The notes under the pieces were generated by a model. The model was not told the origin of the DNA. It worked only from the letters and a program-made list of their open reading frames with translations, and ran no database searches. 64,000 nucleotides of DNA from an uncultured Dehalococcoidales bacterium. GTDB lineage: Bacteria > Chloroflexota > Dehalococcoidia > Dehalococcoidales > UBA5627. Both the position numbers and the translations under genes were made by a program. Every line of letters starts with the position of its first letter. Positions within the stretch are counted from its first letter, which is position 1. Shown here piece after piece: positions 19,594-28,148 of the stretch. The stretch covers positions 13,076-77,075 of the forward strand of contig CAYNQR010000004.1 of the NCBI GenBank assembly GCA_964399425.1, in the 5' to 3' direction.

Positions 19594-19837
19594 AATAATT
19601 TTGGCAATTGCCTTTATCCAGCGTCCCTATAATTCGAGATGAAGTCTCCAATGTGAGGGACAAATGTCTTTGCGAGTCCATTCCCGAAGGGAAGGCGAAG
19701 CAATCTCTTTGATTGTATTTAATAAATGCAAAGTTCAAAATAGTCCAGCGTTAGAGATTGCCGCGTCATTCGTCCCGATATGATCAGGACTCATTCCTCG
19801 CAAAGACGGTTTGTACGTTGTCAAACTGAATCCGTAA

Positions 19838-19912
19838 AAGCAGAGAAACCACCCGTAAAGAGTGGCTTCTCTGTTATGAAAGGAGAAAAAGCATGCCAAC
19901 ATGCTTTTCTCC
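19838..19912 (-). terminator. Tandem hairpins downstream of rph (likely intrinsic terminators)
   Basis: On the minus strand, ggagaaaagcatg-ttgg-catgctttttctcc then cagagaagccactc..gggtggtttctctgc followed by tttta. Confidence 0.45.
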
Positions 19913-19999
19913 CCTATATTATACCAAGTAAACGTCTGTACTTTCCAAAAAGCATTTAGCCGATCGACTTAACGGCAAGTCCATCGACCTGCCAGTAAT

Positions 20000-20734
20000 T
20001 TACAGCTTTATTATCTTGTCGATAGTCTCCTGCTGGATTTCGAAGAGTTGCCTGATACCCTTATCCGCCAGTGACAAGACCGAATCGAAAGTGGATTTGG
20101 AATATGGCTTGCCTTCGGCCGTGCCCTGTACCTCTACGAACTCACCCTTGCTTGTCATGATGACGTTGAAATCCGCCTGCGCCTTGCTGTCTTCGTCATA
20201 GCACAGGTCGAGCAGAATATTATTACTTACAACACCCACGCTGATAGCGGCAACGCCGTATTTTAAAGGAATCGACGAGATGATTCCCATATTTGCCAGC
20301 GTATTCATCGCCTGGTACAGAGCCACGTAAGAACCGGTAATTGCGGCAGTACGCGTACCGCCGTCAGCCTGCAATACGTCGCAGTCGACAAGCAGAGACC
20401 GCTCGCCAAGCTCCGATAGTTCGGCGATACCGCGCAGGGAACGCCCGATAAGCCTCTGTATTTCCTGGCTTCTGCCTGACACCTTGCCAGCCGATGACTC
20501 GCGCTGCGTTCGTGTATTTGTCGAACGAGGCAGCATGGCATACTCGGCGGTTATCCAGCCGGTGCCGCTGCCTTTTAAAAAAGGAGGAACCCTTTCCTCG
20601 ACACTCACAGCGCATATAACCCTGGTTTTGCCCATCTCGATAAGTACCGAGCCTTCGGCAAAGCTCTGGTAGCCCAGCGTCATTTTGACCGGCCTCAATT
20701 CATCGTAGCCGCGACCGTCAATCCTTTTTATCAT
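20000..20734 (-). CDS. rph: Ribonuclease PH
   Basis: 244 aa. RxDGR start (RIDGRGYDELRP), GRSQEIQRLIGRSLR, DCDVLQADGGTRTAAITG. Confidence 0.95.
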   Translation of the reverse strand: MIKRIDGRGYDELRPVKMTLGYQSFAEGSVLIEMGKTRVICAVSVEERVPPFLKGSGTGWITAEYAMLPRSTNTRTQRESSAGKVSGRSQEIQRLIGRSLRGIAELSELGERSLLVDCDVLQADGGTRTAAITGSYVALYQAMNTLANMGIISSIPLKYGVAAISVGVVSNNILLDLCYDEDSKAQADFNVIMTSKGEFVEVQGTAEGKPYSKSTFDSVLSLADKGIRQLFEIQQETIDKIIKL

Positions 20735-21001
20735 TAATTACTTTTTCCTCTCTATTTTCTCTTATTTCAATCTTTCAAAGTATAACATTGATACGGTATT
20801 GCGGCAATCGACAAGAAAAGGCAATGCCATTATCCGTCATTCCCGATTTACCGGGACTGTCATCACGACAGGTTGGAACTAAAAGCCTTCATCCAAGGGA
20901 GGGCAAATTAAGTTTTATAAATGATATAATCTATTGCTATCGATAGCTTAAATACTGTATCATTCATCGTAATCCGGTAACAAAAAAGGACGGTATAAAG
21001 T

Positions 21002-21679
21002 ATGCTGACCGATATAGCCCTGATAATCGTTTTCTACTTCCTTGGCGCCTTTCCTCATCTCTATCTTATGTGTAAACTGCACAAATTGAGCACAAGCGGC
21101 GACCTGCATATGAACCTCTGGCAGGGAGCCGGCCCTTTCTGGGGGATAACCGGAGTTCTGATAGATGTTTTTAAAGGTATCGGCACAATCCTGATTTGTT
21201 ACGCTATCGGGCTGGATTTATGGGCAACCGTTGCCTGCGGATTGGCTGCCGTGGCAGGACAGATGTGGCCGGTCTTTTCCAAATTCGATGGGGAAAAAGG
21301 CAATACAGTCGGGTTGGGGATGGCGGTAACACTGGCATACCCGGCAACCTTCATAGCGCTGATTCCGGCTCTAGTCGGGCTGATAACAAAACTGGTAAAA
21401 CTGCTGAGATTAAAAGGACAAACTACCCGTACCCGTTTTACAAAAGGGGCAGGAACTTCCAATACATTGCCCATAGGAGTAGCGATTGCCTTTTTTATAC
21501 TGCCGCTTGCCGCCTGGCTTCTGGGTGAACCGCTGGAGATTATCATTGGATTTGTCATCCTGTTCGTAATCATCATGATTCGACGGCTGACGCAGGGTTT
21601 GACAGAGGATATCAAAGCCAAACGCAAACTGGGAAGAGTCCTCCTGAACCGCTTTCTGCTCGACCGCAGTATTAAATAA
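21002..21679 (+). CDS. PlsY-family (glycerol-3-phosphate acyltransferase-like) membrane protein, divergent
   Basis: Multi-TM. VFSKFDGEKGNTVGLG resembles the PlsY F.GFKGGKGVAT motif, but the N-terminal GSGN motif is not evident. Confidence 0.45.
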   Translation: MLTDIALIIVFYFLGAFPHLYLMCKLHKLSTSGDLHMNLWQGAGPFWGITGVLIDVFKGIGTILICYAIGLDLWATVACGLAAVAGQMWPVFSKFDGEKGNTVGLGMAVTLAYPATFIALIPALVGLITKLVKLLRLKGQTTRTRFTKGAGTSNTLPIGVAIAFFILPLAAWLLGEPLEIIIGFVILFVIIMIRRLTQGLTEDIKAKRKLGRVLLNRFLLDRSIK

Positions 21680-21693
21680 AGGAGATTGGATTA

Positions 21694-22041
21694 ATGGCTT
21701 CGGATACCGGTTTTGTAGAATATGTTTGCTCTCAAATAAGCGGGGCAGGCAATATCACCTATAAAAAGATGTTCGGCGAATACGGAATCTATGTTAACGG
21801 AAAAATAATAGGTTTGATTTGCGACGACCAGTTCTTCCTCAAGATTACCGAAGCGGGACGACTGGTATTACGGGAAATTATGGAAGCTCCGGCGTACCCG
21901 GGTTCCAAGCCGTTTTTTCTTATCGAAGACCTCGAAGACAGGGATTATTTAACCGCACTGATTTGTGCCACTTATAACGAATTGCCGGAGCCGAAACCTA
22001 AAAAGACAACCTCTAAAAACAAGGCGGATAAGAAAAGATAG
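21694..22041 (+). CDS. TfoX N-terminal domain protein
   Basis: FVEYVCSQISGAGNITYKKMFGEYGIYVNGKIIGLICDDQFFLK matches the TfoX_N pattern (MFGgxgxyxxGkxfa.i.d..lylK). Confidence 0.7.
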   Translation: MASDTGFVEYVCSQISGAGNITYKKMFGEYGIYVNGKIIGLICDDQFFLKITEAGRLVLREIMEAPAYPGSKPFFLIEDLEDRDYLTALICATYNELPEPKPKKTTSKNKADKKR

Positions 22042-22076
22042 CTCGACTGCAAGATTGCTGCGGAGTATCGCCGCCT

Positions 22077-22313
22077 TTATTCATCCGCTATTTTCAAATA
22101 GCATTCCCGGCAATAGACTGCATAGGCATTGATATCGTTTCCGCCGTAAGCAAAACGCTGGTATAATTTCCAGCCCCCGGGAGCCGGTTTATCCTGCATT
22201 TCACGCACCAGCTTTTTATTGCACCTGATATAAGAATGATTGTGAGACGGCCTGGCGCATTCGCATTTCCCGCCGGAGCGTTGCCATACTTTTTCGAACA
22301 CTTCCGTTAACAT
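22077..22313 (-). CDS. Small Cys-rich HNH-like protein (catalytic His apparently replaced)
   Basis: VWQRSGGKCEC...HNH...RCNKKL...GGWKLYQ...GGNDINAYAVYCRECY follows HNH zinc-finger spacing. ATG at 22313 is preceded by gagaggtgag. Confidence 0.4.
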   Translation of the reverse strand: MLTEVFEKVWQRSGGKCECARPSHNHSYIRCNKKLVREMQDKPAPGGWKLYQRFAYGGNDINAYAVYCRECYLKIADE

Positions 22314-22442
22314 ACGCTCACCTCTCAATAAATCCTATTTCGAAACAGGCTGTTTGTCAATACCCTGTCATATATAACGATTAGATTATTTAAAGGATTG
22401 GAGTATAATAAGAGATAATTCCGGTAAAATTCGTCATACCAT

Positions 22443-23684
22443 ATGATTTCTATAATAATCCTGTTAATCGTCTTTTTACTGATAGCCGTCCGGCAGGTCG
22501 GCAACATAAGGCTGCAAATCTGGCAAATAATGCTCGGCGGCGCCATTGCCGCACTTTTAAGTCTCCAGATTTCACCGCTGGATGCTTTAAAATCCATCAA
22601 TATAGATGTAATGCTCTTTCTGTTCGGCGTTTTTACAATCGGGCAGGCAATGGAAGAAAGCGGTTACCTCTCGAGCCTTTCCTTTAAACTCTTCAACCGC
22701 GCCAAAAATCTCGACAGCCTGGTTCTTTTTATCCTTTTCGGTACGGGCATCCTTTCCGCTATACTGATGAACGATACGCTGGCAATCATCGGCACCGCTG
22801 TTGTTCTGTCGCTGGCAAAGACATCCAGTACCAAACCGAAAATACTGCTGCTGGCTTTGGCATTTGCCGTAACCATCGGCAGTGTTATGAGCCCCATCGG
22901 CAACCCGCAAAACCTGTTGATAGCTCTAAACGGAGATATAACCAATCCGTTCCTTACCTTCCTGAAATACCTGGCAGCGCCGACGCTAATCAACCTGTTT
23001 CTGGCTTACCTGATGCTGAAACTATTCTATCGTAAACATTTTAATGGAAGCAGCTTTACGCACGTGTCCGAACCCGTCAAAGACCGGCGCTTGTTCGCTA
23101 TAGCCAGAATTTCGCTTATACTGCTTGTACTGCTGATACTGGCAAAGATAGTAATAGTGCTGGCAGGATGGGATGTGGATTTCAGATTGACCTATATCGC
23201 ACTGATTGCCGCGCTGCCCGTTTTCTTTTACCTGCCGAAGAAACCTGGAATTATAAAGAGGATAGACTGGACGACCCTTGTATTCTTCGCATCGATGTTT
23301 ATACTGATGCAAAGCGTCTGGAACTCGCAGATTATACAATCCGCCATAGAAGATGCGCATATCGATATCGCATCGACCGGAGTAATTTTTGCCGGCAGTA
23401 TCTTGTTAAGCCAGATACTTTCCAACGTCCCGCTGGTCGCTCTCTACCTGCCGATGCTGACACACCTGGGAGTAACCACGCACGGATTGATGGCGCTGGC
23501 TGCCGGCAGTACCATTGCCGGAAACCTGACGATACTCGGAGCCGCCAGCAACGTGATTATAATACAGAATGCCGAAAAGAAGGGCGGCGTGACGATAACC
23601 TTCTGGGAATTTGTCAGAATCGGCATACCGCTGACGATTATCAACGTGCTGGTGTATTGGGCTTATCTCGAGTTGATTATTTAA
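22443..23684 (+). CDS. ArsB/NhaD-superfamily (SLC13/CitMHS-like) anion permease
   Basis: 413 aa, about 10-12 TM. GSxxSPIGNPQNLLIA and AAGSTIAGNLTILGAASNVII repeat motifs are typical of this permease superfamily. Confidence 0.7.
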   Translation: MISIIILLIVFLLIAVRQVGNIRLQIWQIMLGGAIAALLSLQISPLDALKSINIDVMLFLFGVFTIGQAMEESGYLSSLSFKLFNRAKNLDSLVLFILFGTGILSAILMNDTLAIIGTAVVLSLAKTSSTKPKILLLALAFAVTIGSVMSPIGNPQNLLIALNGDITNPFLTFLKYLAAPTLINLFLAYLMLKLFYRKHFNGSSFTHVSEPVKDRRLFAIARISLILLVLLILAKIVIVLAGWDVDFRLTYIALIAALPVFFYLPKKPGIIKRIDWTTLVFFASMFILMQSVWNSQIIQSAIEDAHIDIASTGVIFAGSILLSQILSNVPLVALYLPMLTHLGVTTHGLMALAAGSTIAGNLTILGAASNVIIIQNAEKKGGVTITFWEFVRIGIPLTIINVLVYWAYLELII

Positions 23685-23773
23685 TGTTATTAATGCCGGC
23701 TGATACTTACTGTCAACCGGATTCTTATCAATTATGATTGCGAAGGTTAGCAATTCGACGCAGCTATGGTTCG

Positions 23774-23818
23774 ATCCCGACCTGTCGGGATTTCGTTCCG
23801 AATACGGAACTCAACATC
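23774..23818 (-). repeat. Two-hairpin repeat 'gatgttgagttccg..cggaacgaaatcccga..tcggga' (family 4), copy 1
   Basis: The reverse complement gatgttgagttccgtattcggaacgaaatcccgacaggtcgggat matches 30574..30620, 59167..59226 and 61532..61577. Confidence 0.75.
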
Positions 23819-24153
23819 TTTGGGCACGGCTTTGCTATTATATTCAGCGCATGCTGAGCCTGACGAAGGACACGAACGGCTTGGGGGATGATCCAAATAA
23901 AAATCCGTTCGCCCTGAGAGTTTGTGAATTTATTGTAATTTAGAGAATTATAGAACGAATATTGAAGCTAACAGAGACAGTAAAATGACTAAAAACTTGA
24001 TTTGTTCACAAGCTCTGAGCGTGTCGAAGGGTCTAATAACCGGATTTTTATACTGCTATTGTGAGGATTGAATGTCGAACGATGCGGTCTCGATTTATCG
24101 GGATTCTCTCTTTTTAGCAAAATGGAATTGAAAGGAATCCAAATAATCAGTCC

Positions 24154-24633
24154 TCATTCCAAACCGGATAGGTATTCTTTCAGCCATAAAAGAGCCTCTT
24201 TGGCCGCCGCTTCCCTGTTCTGCTGCCTGTCGCCTGTGAGATTCAGCCTGCGGTTGAATGTTCCGTCTTTATGTGAAAGCCCTAAATAGAAAAGACCGAC
24301 CGCTTTTTTATCGGTAGCGCCGCCCGGACCGGCAATCCCGGTATCCGACAGGCAGATATCGACATCCAGCGCTCTCCTGCCCCCATATGCCATTTCCTCC
24401 GCTACGCGCGGACTGACCGCTCCGTATTTCTCCAGTGTTTCTTTACTGACACCGGCAAGATTTACCTTAGCCTGGTTGCTATAGGAGATAACGGCACCCT
24501 TAAAGTAATCCGAACTGCCGGGAATTTCGCTAATTATGCTCGAAAACAAGCCGCCGCTAGCCGATTCTACGCATCCGAGAGTAAGCTTCTTATTCCGTAA
24601 CATCTCCCCGATTTCCTGAGCCAGTTTTCTCAT
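24154..24633 (-). CDS. pncC: CinA C-terminal domain protein / nicotinamide-nucleotide amidohydrolase
   Basis: 159 aa. LTLGCVESASGG, SDTGIAGPGG, GLFYLGL motifs of the PncC/CinA-C family. Confidence 0.8.
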   Translation of the reverse strand: MRKLAQEIGEMLRNKKLTLGCVESASGGLFSSIISEIPGSSDYFKGAVISYSNQAKVNLAGVSKETLEKYGAVSPRVAEEMAYGGRRALDVDICLSDTGIAGPGGATDKKAVGLFYLGLSHKDGTFNRRLNLTGDRQQNREAAAKEALLWLKEYLSGLE

Positions 24634-24743
24634 TTATCTCCTCAAAGTTATTGACTTATTCAGGCACTGGTGATATTATCCGAACACATACAAAACAAGA
24701 ATATCCTAATTCTAATGAATTGTAAATATATAAGGTGGTGAAA

Positions 24744-24950
24744 ATGAAGGTATTATCGGCAACTTTTACGACAATCGGGGTTCTGTGCCTGATAATGGCG
24801 GTTTTTACCGTCGTCGGTATCGCGCCCGCCTTTATCGAGGCAATCTGGGAATTCAGCGATATGATTGTTACCGCAATATTCTGGTTTTTTACGTCTCTTA
24901 TCCTGGTAATTACCGGAAATGCCTACGGCATATTGAACAGGGAGCTTTAG
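24744..24950 (+). CDS. Small membrane protein (2 TM), unknown function
   Basis: ATG at 24744 is preceded by aaggtgg. Two hydrophobic helices. Confidence 0.4.
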   Translation: MKVLSATFTTIGVLCLIMAVFTVVGIAPAFIEAIWEFSDMIVTAIFWFFTSLILVITGNAYGILNREL

Positions 24951-24953
24951 AGA

Positions 24954-25283
24954 TTGGTAAAAAAACCGGAGCGCCGGACGCCTCCGGATGCGCTGAATGT
25001 TGAGGAAACACAGGCAAAGATAGCCGTACAGATTCATCCCGGGGCAGCCAAAAATGAAATAACCGGCGTGCAAAACGATGTGATACGCATCAAAATTGCC
25101 GCACCGCCGGTTAAGGGGAAGGCTAACAAGGAACTTATCGATTACTTAAGCCGTCTTCTAGATATCAGTAAAGACAGGCTGAATATCATAAAGGGACATA
25201 CCTCTAAAAACAAGTTGATATCGATAGACGGCTTAAGTCGGGGTGAGATTCTCGAAAAGCTTTTATCCGATACAAGCTTATGA
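24954..25283 (+). CDS. DUF167 (YggU) family protein
   Basis: IAVQIHPGAAKNEITG...IRIKIAAPPVKGKANKELIDYLSRLL...IIKGHTSKNKLISIDG fits the YggU pattern. TTG start. Confidence 0.65.
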   Translation: MVKKPERRTPPDALNVEETQAKIAVQIHPGAAKNEITGVQNDVIRIKIAAPPVKGKANKELIDYLSRLLDISKDRLNIIKGHTSKNKLISIDGLSRGEILEKLLSDTSL

Positions 25284-25302
25284 CAGATACTATCAGCTGA
25301 TT

Positions 25303-25536
25303 TTAACGAACCGACCGGCATACATCCGCATTGTTCCCGCAGCGCTCACAATTATAACTCCGGTTATTTCCCTCCGTATTAACAGTAATTACTTCCCCGC
25401 ATTTTTTGCACAATACTTCAGTAAGATTTTTCATATAACCGCACTGCAAACAATGGTCGAACCATACATCTTCATCGACATCTATATACATATCGCCGCC
25501 GCATTTGGGGCATTTTTTTGCTTTCCACATAACCAT
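25303..25536 (-). CDS. Double zinc-ribbon protein (four CxxC pairs)
   Basis: CPKCGG, CLQCG, CKKCG, CERCG. ATG at 25536 is preceded by aaggaggtg 6 nt upstream, so the longer 25581 start is unlikely. Confidence 0.5.
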   Translation of the reverse strand: MVMWKAKKCPKCGGDMYIDVDEDVWFDHCLQCGYMKNLTEVLCKKCGEVITVNTEGNNRSYNCERCGNNADVCRSVR

Positions 25537-25756
25537 TTGCGTCACCTCCTTTAAATCAACGCCTGAACAACATAAAGCCAATTTAACAATAACCTTCTTT
25601 ATCGTTCAACATCAGTTTAATACCATGTCAAATACGTGTATGTAACCTTAGTCTCATTATGCCGGTAAATGCGGACTTTTTTAATGACGGAAATGACTAT
25701 AGATAAACTGTTTATTAGAGGATTAAAACCGTGAGATTAAAAAGCGGAGAAGTTAA

Positions 25757-25960
25757 TTACGCGAAAATAATTTGGAAGGGGCAGCGAATGGCATCATTCG
25801 GGCAGACCGCCTCGCAAATGCCGCACCAGTCGCATTCCACTTCAGCAATGGCAACCACTGTCCTTTCGACTATCATGATGCCGTTTTCAAGGCACACACC
25901 GACACACAACCCGCACCCGTCGCATTTTTCTTTATCTATTTCAGGTTTCATAAGATACAT
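25757..25960 (-). CDS. 2x[4Fe-4S] ferredoxin
   Basis: 67 aa with CDGCGLCVGVC and CDWCGICEAVCP cluster motifs. Confidence 0.8.
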   Translation of the reverse strand: MYLMKPEIDKEKCDGCGLCVGVCLENGIMIVERTVVAIAEVECDWCGICEAVCPNDAIRCPFQIIFA

Positions 25961-26014
25961 AAATCCTTAACCCCTGTTTATAAAGCTATTATATATTTAT
26001 TTCTACCATTTGTA

Positions 26015-26030
26015 TGTGACATTTATCTCA
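26015..26030 (-). promoter_or_regulatory. Candidate CRP-type operator TGTGA-N6-TCTCA upstream of the ferredoxin gene
   Basis: tgtgacatttatctca has one mismatch to TGTGA-N6-TCACA. A TATAAT hexamer on the minus strand at 25993-25988 would put the site centre about 41.5 bp upstream of a TSS near 25981. The adjacent regulator has a CRP-like R-E...R recognition helix. Confidence 0.4.
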
Positions 26031-26699
26031 TGAAAACGTCTGAGACAGCTGCCTCAACGCTTCCCTGTCCCTGATAATCAGCCTGTGTTTGTCGAAACCG
26101 ATGATGCCGTCATCCTCCATCGCCTTAAGCGAACGGCTGATAACCTCGCGGGCGGTTCCCGCCATAGCTGCCATATCGCGCTGGGTCAGCCGGGCGCCGG
26201 ATTCACCCTCACGCACGGCATTCTCCAGCAGGATGCCTGCCAACCGTCCGTTTACCCTCTTGAAAGAAAGCTCTTCAACCAGCGATACCAGTTGACGCGT
26301 TCTTTTCGCCAGTATATGAATTACATTGGAAGCAACAAGCGGATACTTTTTCATAATCATTTCGATATCCCGCTTGTTAATCATATAAACAACCACCTGC
26401 ATCATCGCCTGCGCGCTGGTTGTATTTAAACCTCCGTTGAATAGCGGCACCTCATTCAACGTTTCGTCGGTATGCGCAATAGCCAGAATCTGTTCTTTGC
26501 CGTCGGGGGATGTCTTAAATATTTTCACCACGCCCGAAGCCAGGAACATCAGGGATTCGGTAGCTTCTCCTTCGAAGAAAAGCATCTCGTCGCGCCCGTA
26601 TCTTTTTTCGAAGACGAGCTTGATTACAGGCTCGAGTTCTTCGGATTTTAATCCGGCAAAGAACACCGATGTTGCAACTAATTCAGCTTTTGATTTCAT
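26028..26699 (-). CDS. Crp/Fnr-family transcriptional regulator (cNMP-binding domain + HTH)
   Basis: N-terminal cNMP-binding fold (FFEGE..LMFLASGVVKIF). C-terminal HTH LTQRDMAAMAGTAREVISRSLKAMEDDGII. No FNR-type N-terminal Cys cluster. Confidence 0.85.
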   Translation of the reverse strand: MKSKAELVATSVFFAGLKSEELEPVIKLVFEKRYGRDEMLFFEGEATESLMFLASGVVKIFKTSPDGKEQILAIAHTDETLNEVPLFNGGLNTTSAQAMMQVVVYMINKRDIEMIMKKYPLVASNVIHILAKRTRQLVSLVEELSFKRVNGRLAGILLENAVREGESGARLTQRDMAAMAGTAREVISRSLKAMEDDGIIGFDKHRLIIRDREALRQLSQTFS

Positions 26700-26806
26700 G
26701 ACTTCTTTACTTCACTATCCCGTTGTTTCCGTACTCAAGACAACATTATGATAATGGATTTTGCGTTTAAAAACAATACTTTATGTTATACCATACCATT
26801 ATCTGA

Positions 26807-27715
26807 TTACTCGGACTGTTGAAAAAGACTCTTTTCGATTTCTTTTAATCTTTCGATTCCCTTGATTTCATAAGGTCTCATTGCCAGTTCCACAATATCG
26901 ATTCCTGAAAATCTTTCGTGTATCATATCGAGGTATCTTTTTTGCTGTGCTGCCTTAGACCTTAAAAATTCGGATTCGTCGGATTTTATAACATTATTGA
27001 CTACCAGCTGCCCGATTTTAAAGCCGTTTCTCTCCATTTCCTTAAATACGCCATCCAGCTGCTCGAATGCCAGCGCTTCCGGTATTGTTACTATAGTGAA
27101 GCGAACTTCCCGGCGCAGAAAATCGAGGCAATCCCCGGACAGCTGTTGCCAGCCTTTAATAATCTCCATGATGGAACTCTTTTGCCGCTGCCCGAATTTA
27201 AAATTGGTATATATACGCGGAGCCAGTTTTAGGTGTTCTATCAGCATCGACGGTGTGTGCAACAGCGCCAGTGTCTGTCCCAGCGGAGCGGTATCCCAGA
27301 TTATGGATTCATATTTGCCGCTGAGCTTCAACTGGCGGATATAATCCACCATAAACTCATCTGCCAGACCCGGCAGCATCGACGACATGAATTCCTTGAA
27401 CGAATCGTAATCCAGCGATACTATCGACGAAAATACCTCATAGACCTCCCTGCCGAACTTTCTGTCCCACATCTCCTCTACTTCCGGAATGCCGATTTCA
27501 TCTATGAAAAGGGATTCGGTCACGCTTGCGGGTTTCTGCCTGTCTTTCATCTCAAATATGTGCGCCAGTGACGGTGTGGCGTCGGTTGAAATAGCCAGCG
27601 TTTTTTCCCCCAGCGCAGCGTGATGCAAAGCTGTCGTCGCCGCGCAGGTGGTCTTGCCGACACCCCCTTTCCCCGAGAACATATAGATACTTCCGTTACT
27701 TTCTGACATATCCAA
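26807..27715 (-). CDS. ArsA/GET3-family P-loop ATPase (single domain)
   Basis: Deviant Walker A FSGKGGVGKTT, STDATPSL (A-loop/switch) and WDTAPLGQTL motifs. Confidence 0.75.
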   Translation of the reverse strand: MDMSESNGSIYMFSGKGGVGKTTCAATTALHHAALGEKTLAISTDATPSLAHIFEMKDRQKPASVTESLFIDEIGIPEVEEMWDRKFGREVYEVFSSIVSLDYDSFKEFMSSMLPGLADEFMVDYIRQLKLSGKYESIIWDTAPLGQTLALLHTPSMLIEHLKLAPRIYTNFKFGQRQKSSIMEIIKGWQQLSGDCLDFLRREVRFTIVTIPEALAFEQLDGVFKEMERNGFKIGQLVVNNVIKSDESEFLRSKAAQQKRYLDMIHERFSGIDIVELAMRPYEIKGIERLKEIEKSLFQQSE

Positions 27716-27801
27716 TCCTTATATATTAAAAATATATTAAAATCGCTTTTACGTTTCGATCCCGACATGTATCCAGACTCAAGATGAACGGATTTTTGTC
27801 T

Positions 27802-27837
27802 GTCATGCTGAGTTCGTGGTGGTCGAACGAAGCATCT
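27802..27837 (+). repeat. Hairpin module 'gtcatgctgagttcgtgg..cgaacgaagcatc' (family 5), copy 1
   Basis: Almost identical to 54642..54676. Related variants occur at 8850-8877, 40716-40745 and 61475-61515. Confidence 0.7.
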
Positions 27838-27913
27838 CAGGTTGGGCGAACTAACCCCTCCCCCGAGCTCCTTCGGTCGTTTCACTCTCTCCAGGATGAC
27901 AGTTTACTTTAAT

Positions 27914-27955
27914 GTCGTTGCGAGTCCCGATACATCGGGATGAAGCAATCCCTAC
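27914..27955 (-). repeat. Hairpin module 'gtagggattgcttc..cccgat..atcggg..ctcgcaacgac' (family 6), copy 1
   Basis: The reverse complement matches 54591..54632 apart from the palindrome centre. Related agattgcttcg...ctcgcaaagac modules occur at 19660-19720, 28040-28080, 40750-40860 and 59335-59400. Confidence 0.7.
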
Positions 27956-28086
27956 ATAACAACCTTATTACCCCGCTTCGCATATGATACGAAATACTGT
28001 GCTTTAATTTAAAGCGCAGCTATGACAATATTCAACGGTTGAGATTGCTTCGCTTTCCCTTCGGGAAAAATCGCAACGACAATTTT

Positions 28087-28140
28087 ACCTCATCCCTTAT
28101 AAATTCCCCTCTCCGCCAGCGGAGAGGGGTTAGAGGATAG
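28087..28140 (+). repeat. Family 1 palindromic element, half-length copy
   Basis: acctcatccc...cccctctccgccagcggagagggg..ttagaggatag. Hairpin at 28106-28129. Confidence 0.75.
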
Positions 28141-28148
28141 TTTTATTT

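Noticed and set aside
27745-28142. Possible CRISPR array in the repeat-rich gaps
   Set aside because: The repeats belong to several different families, occur in both orientations and are irregularly spaced without unique spacers of constant length. No cas genes are present.
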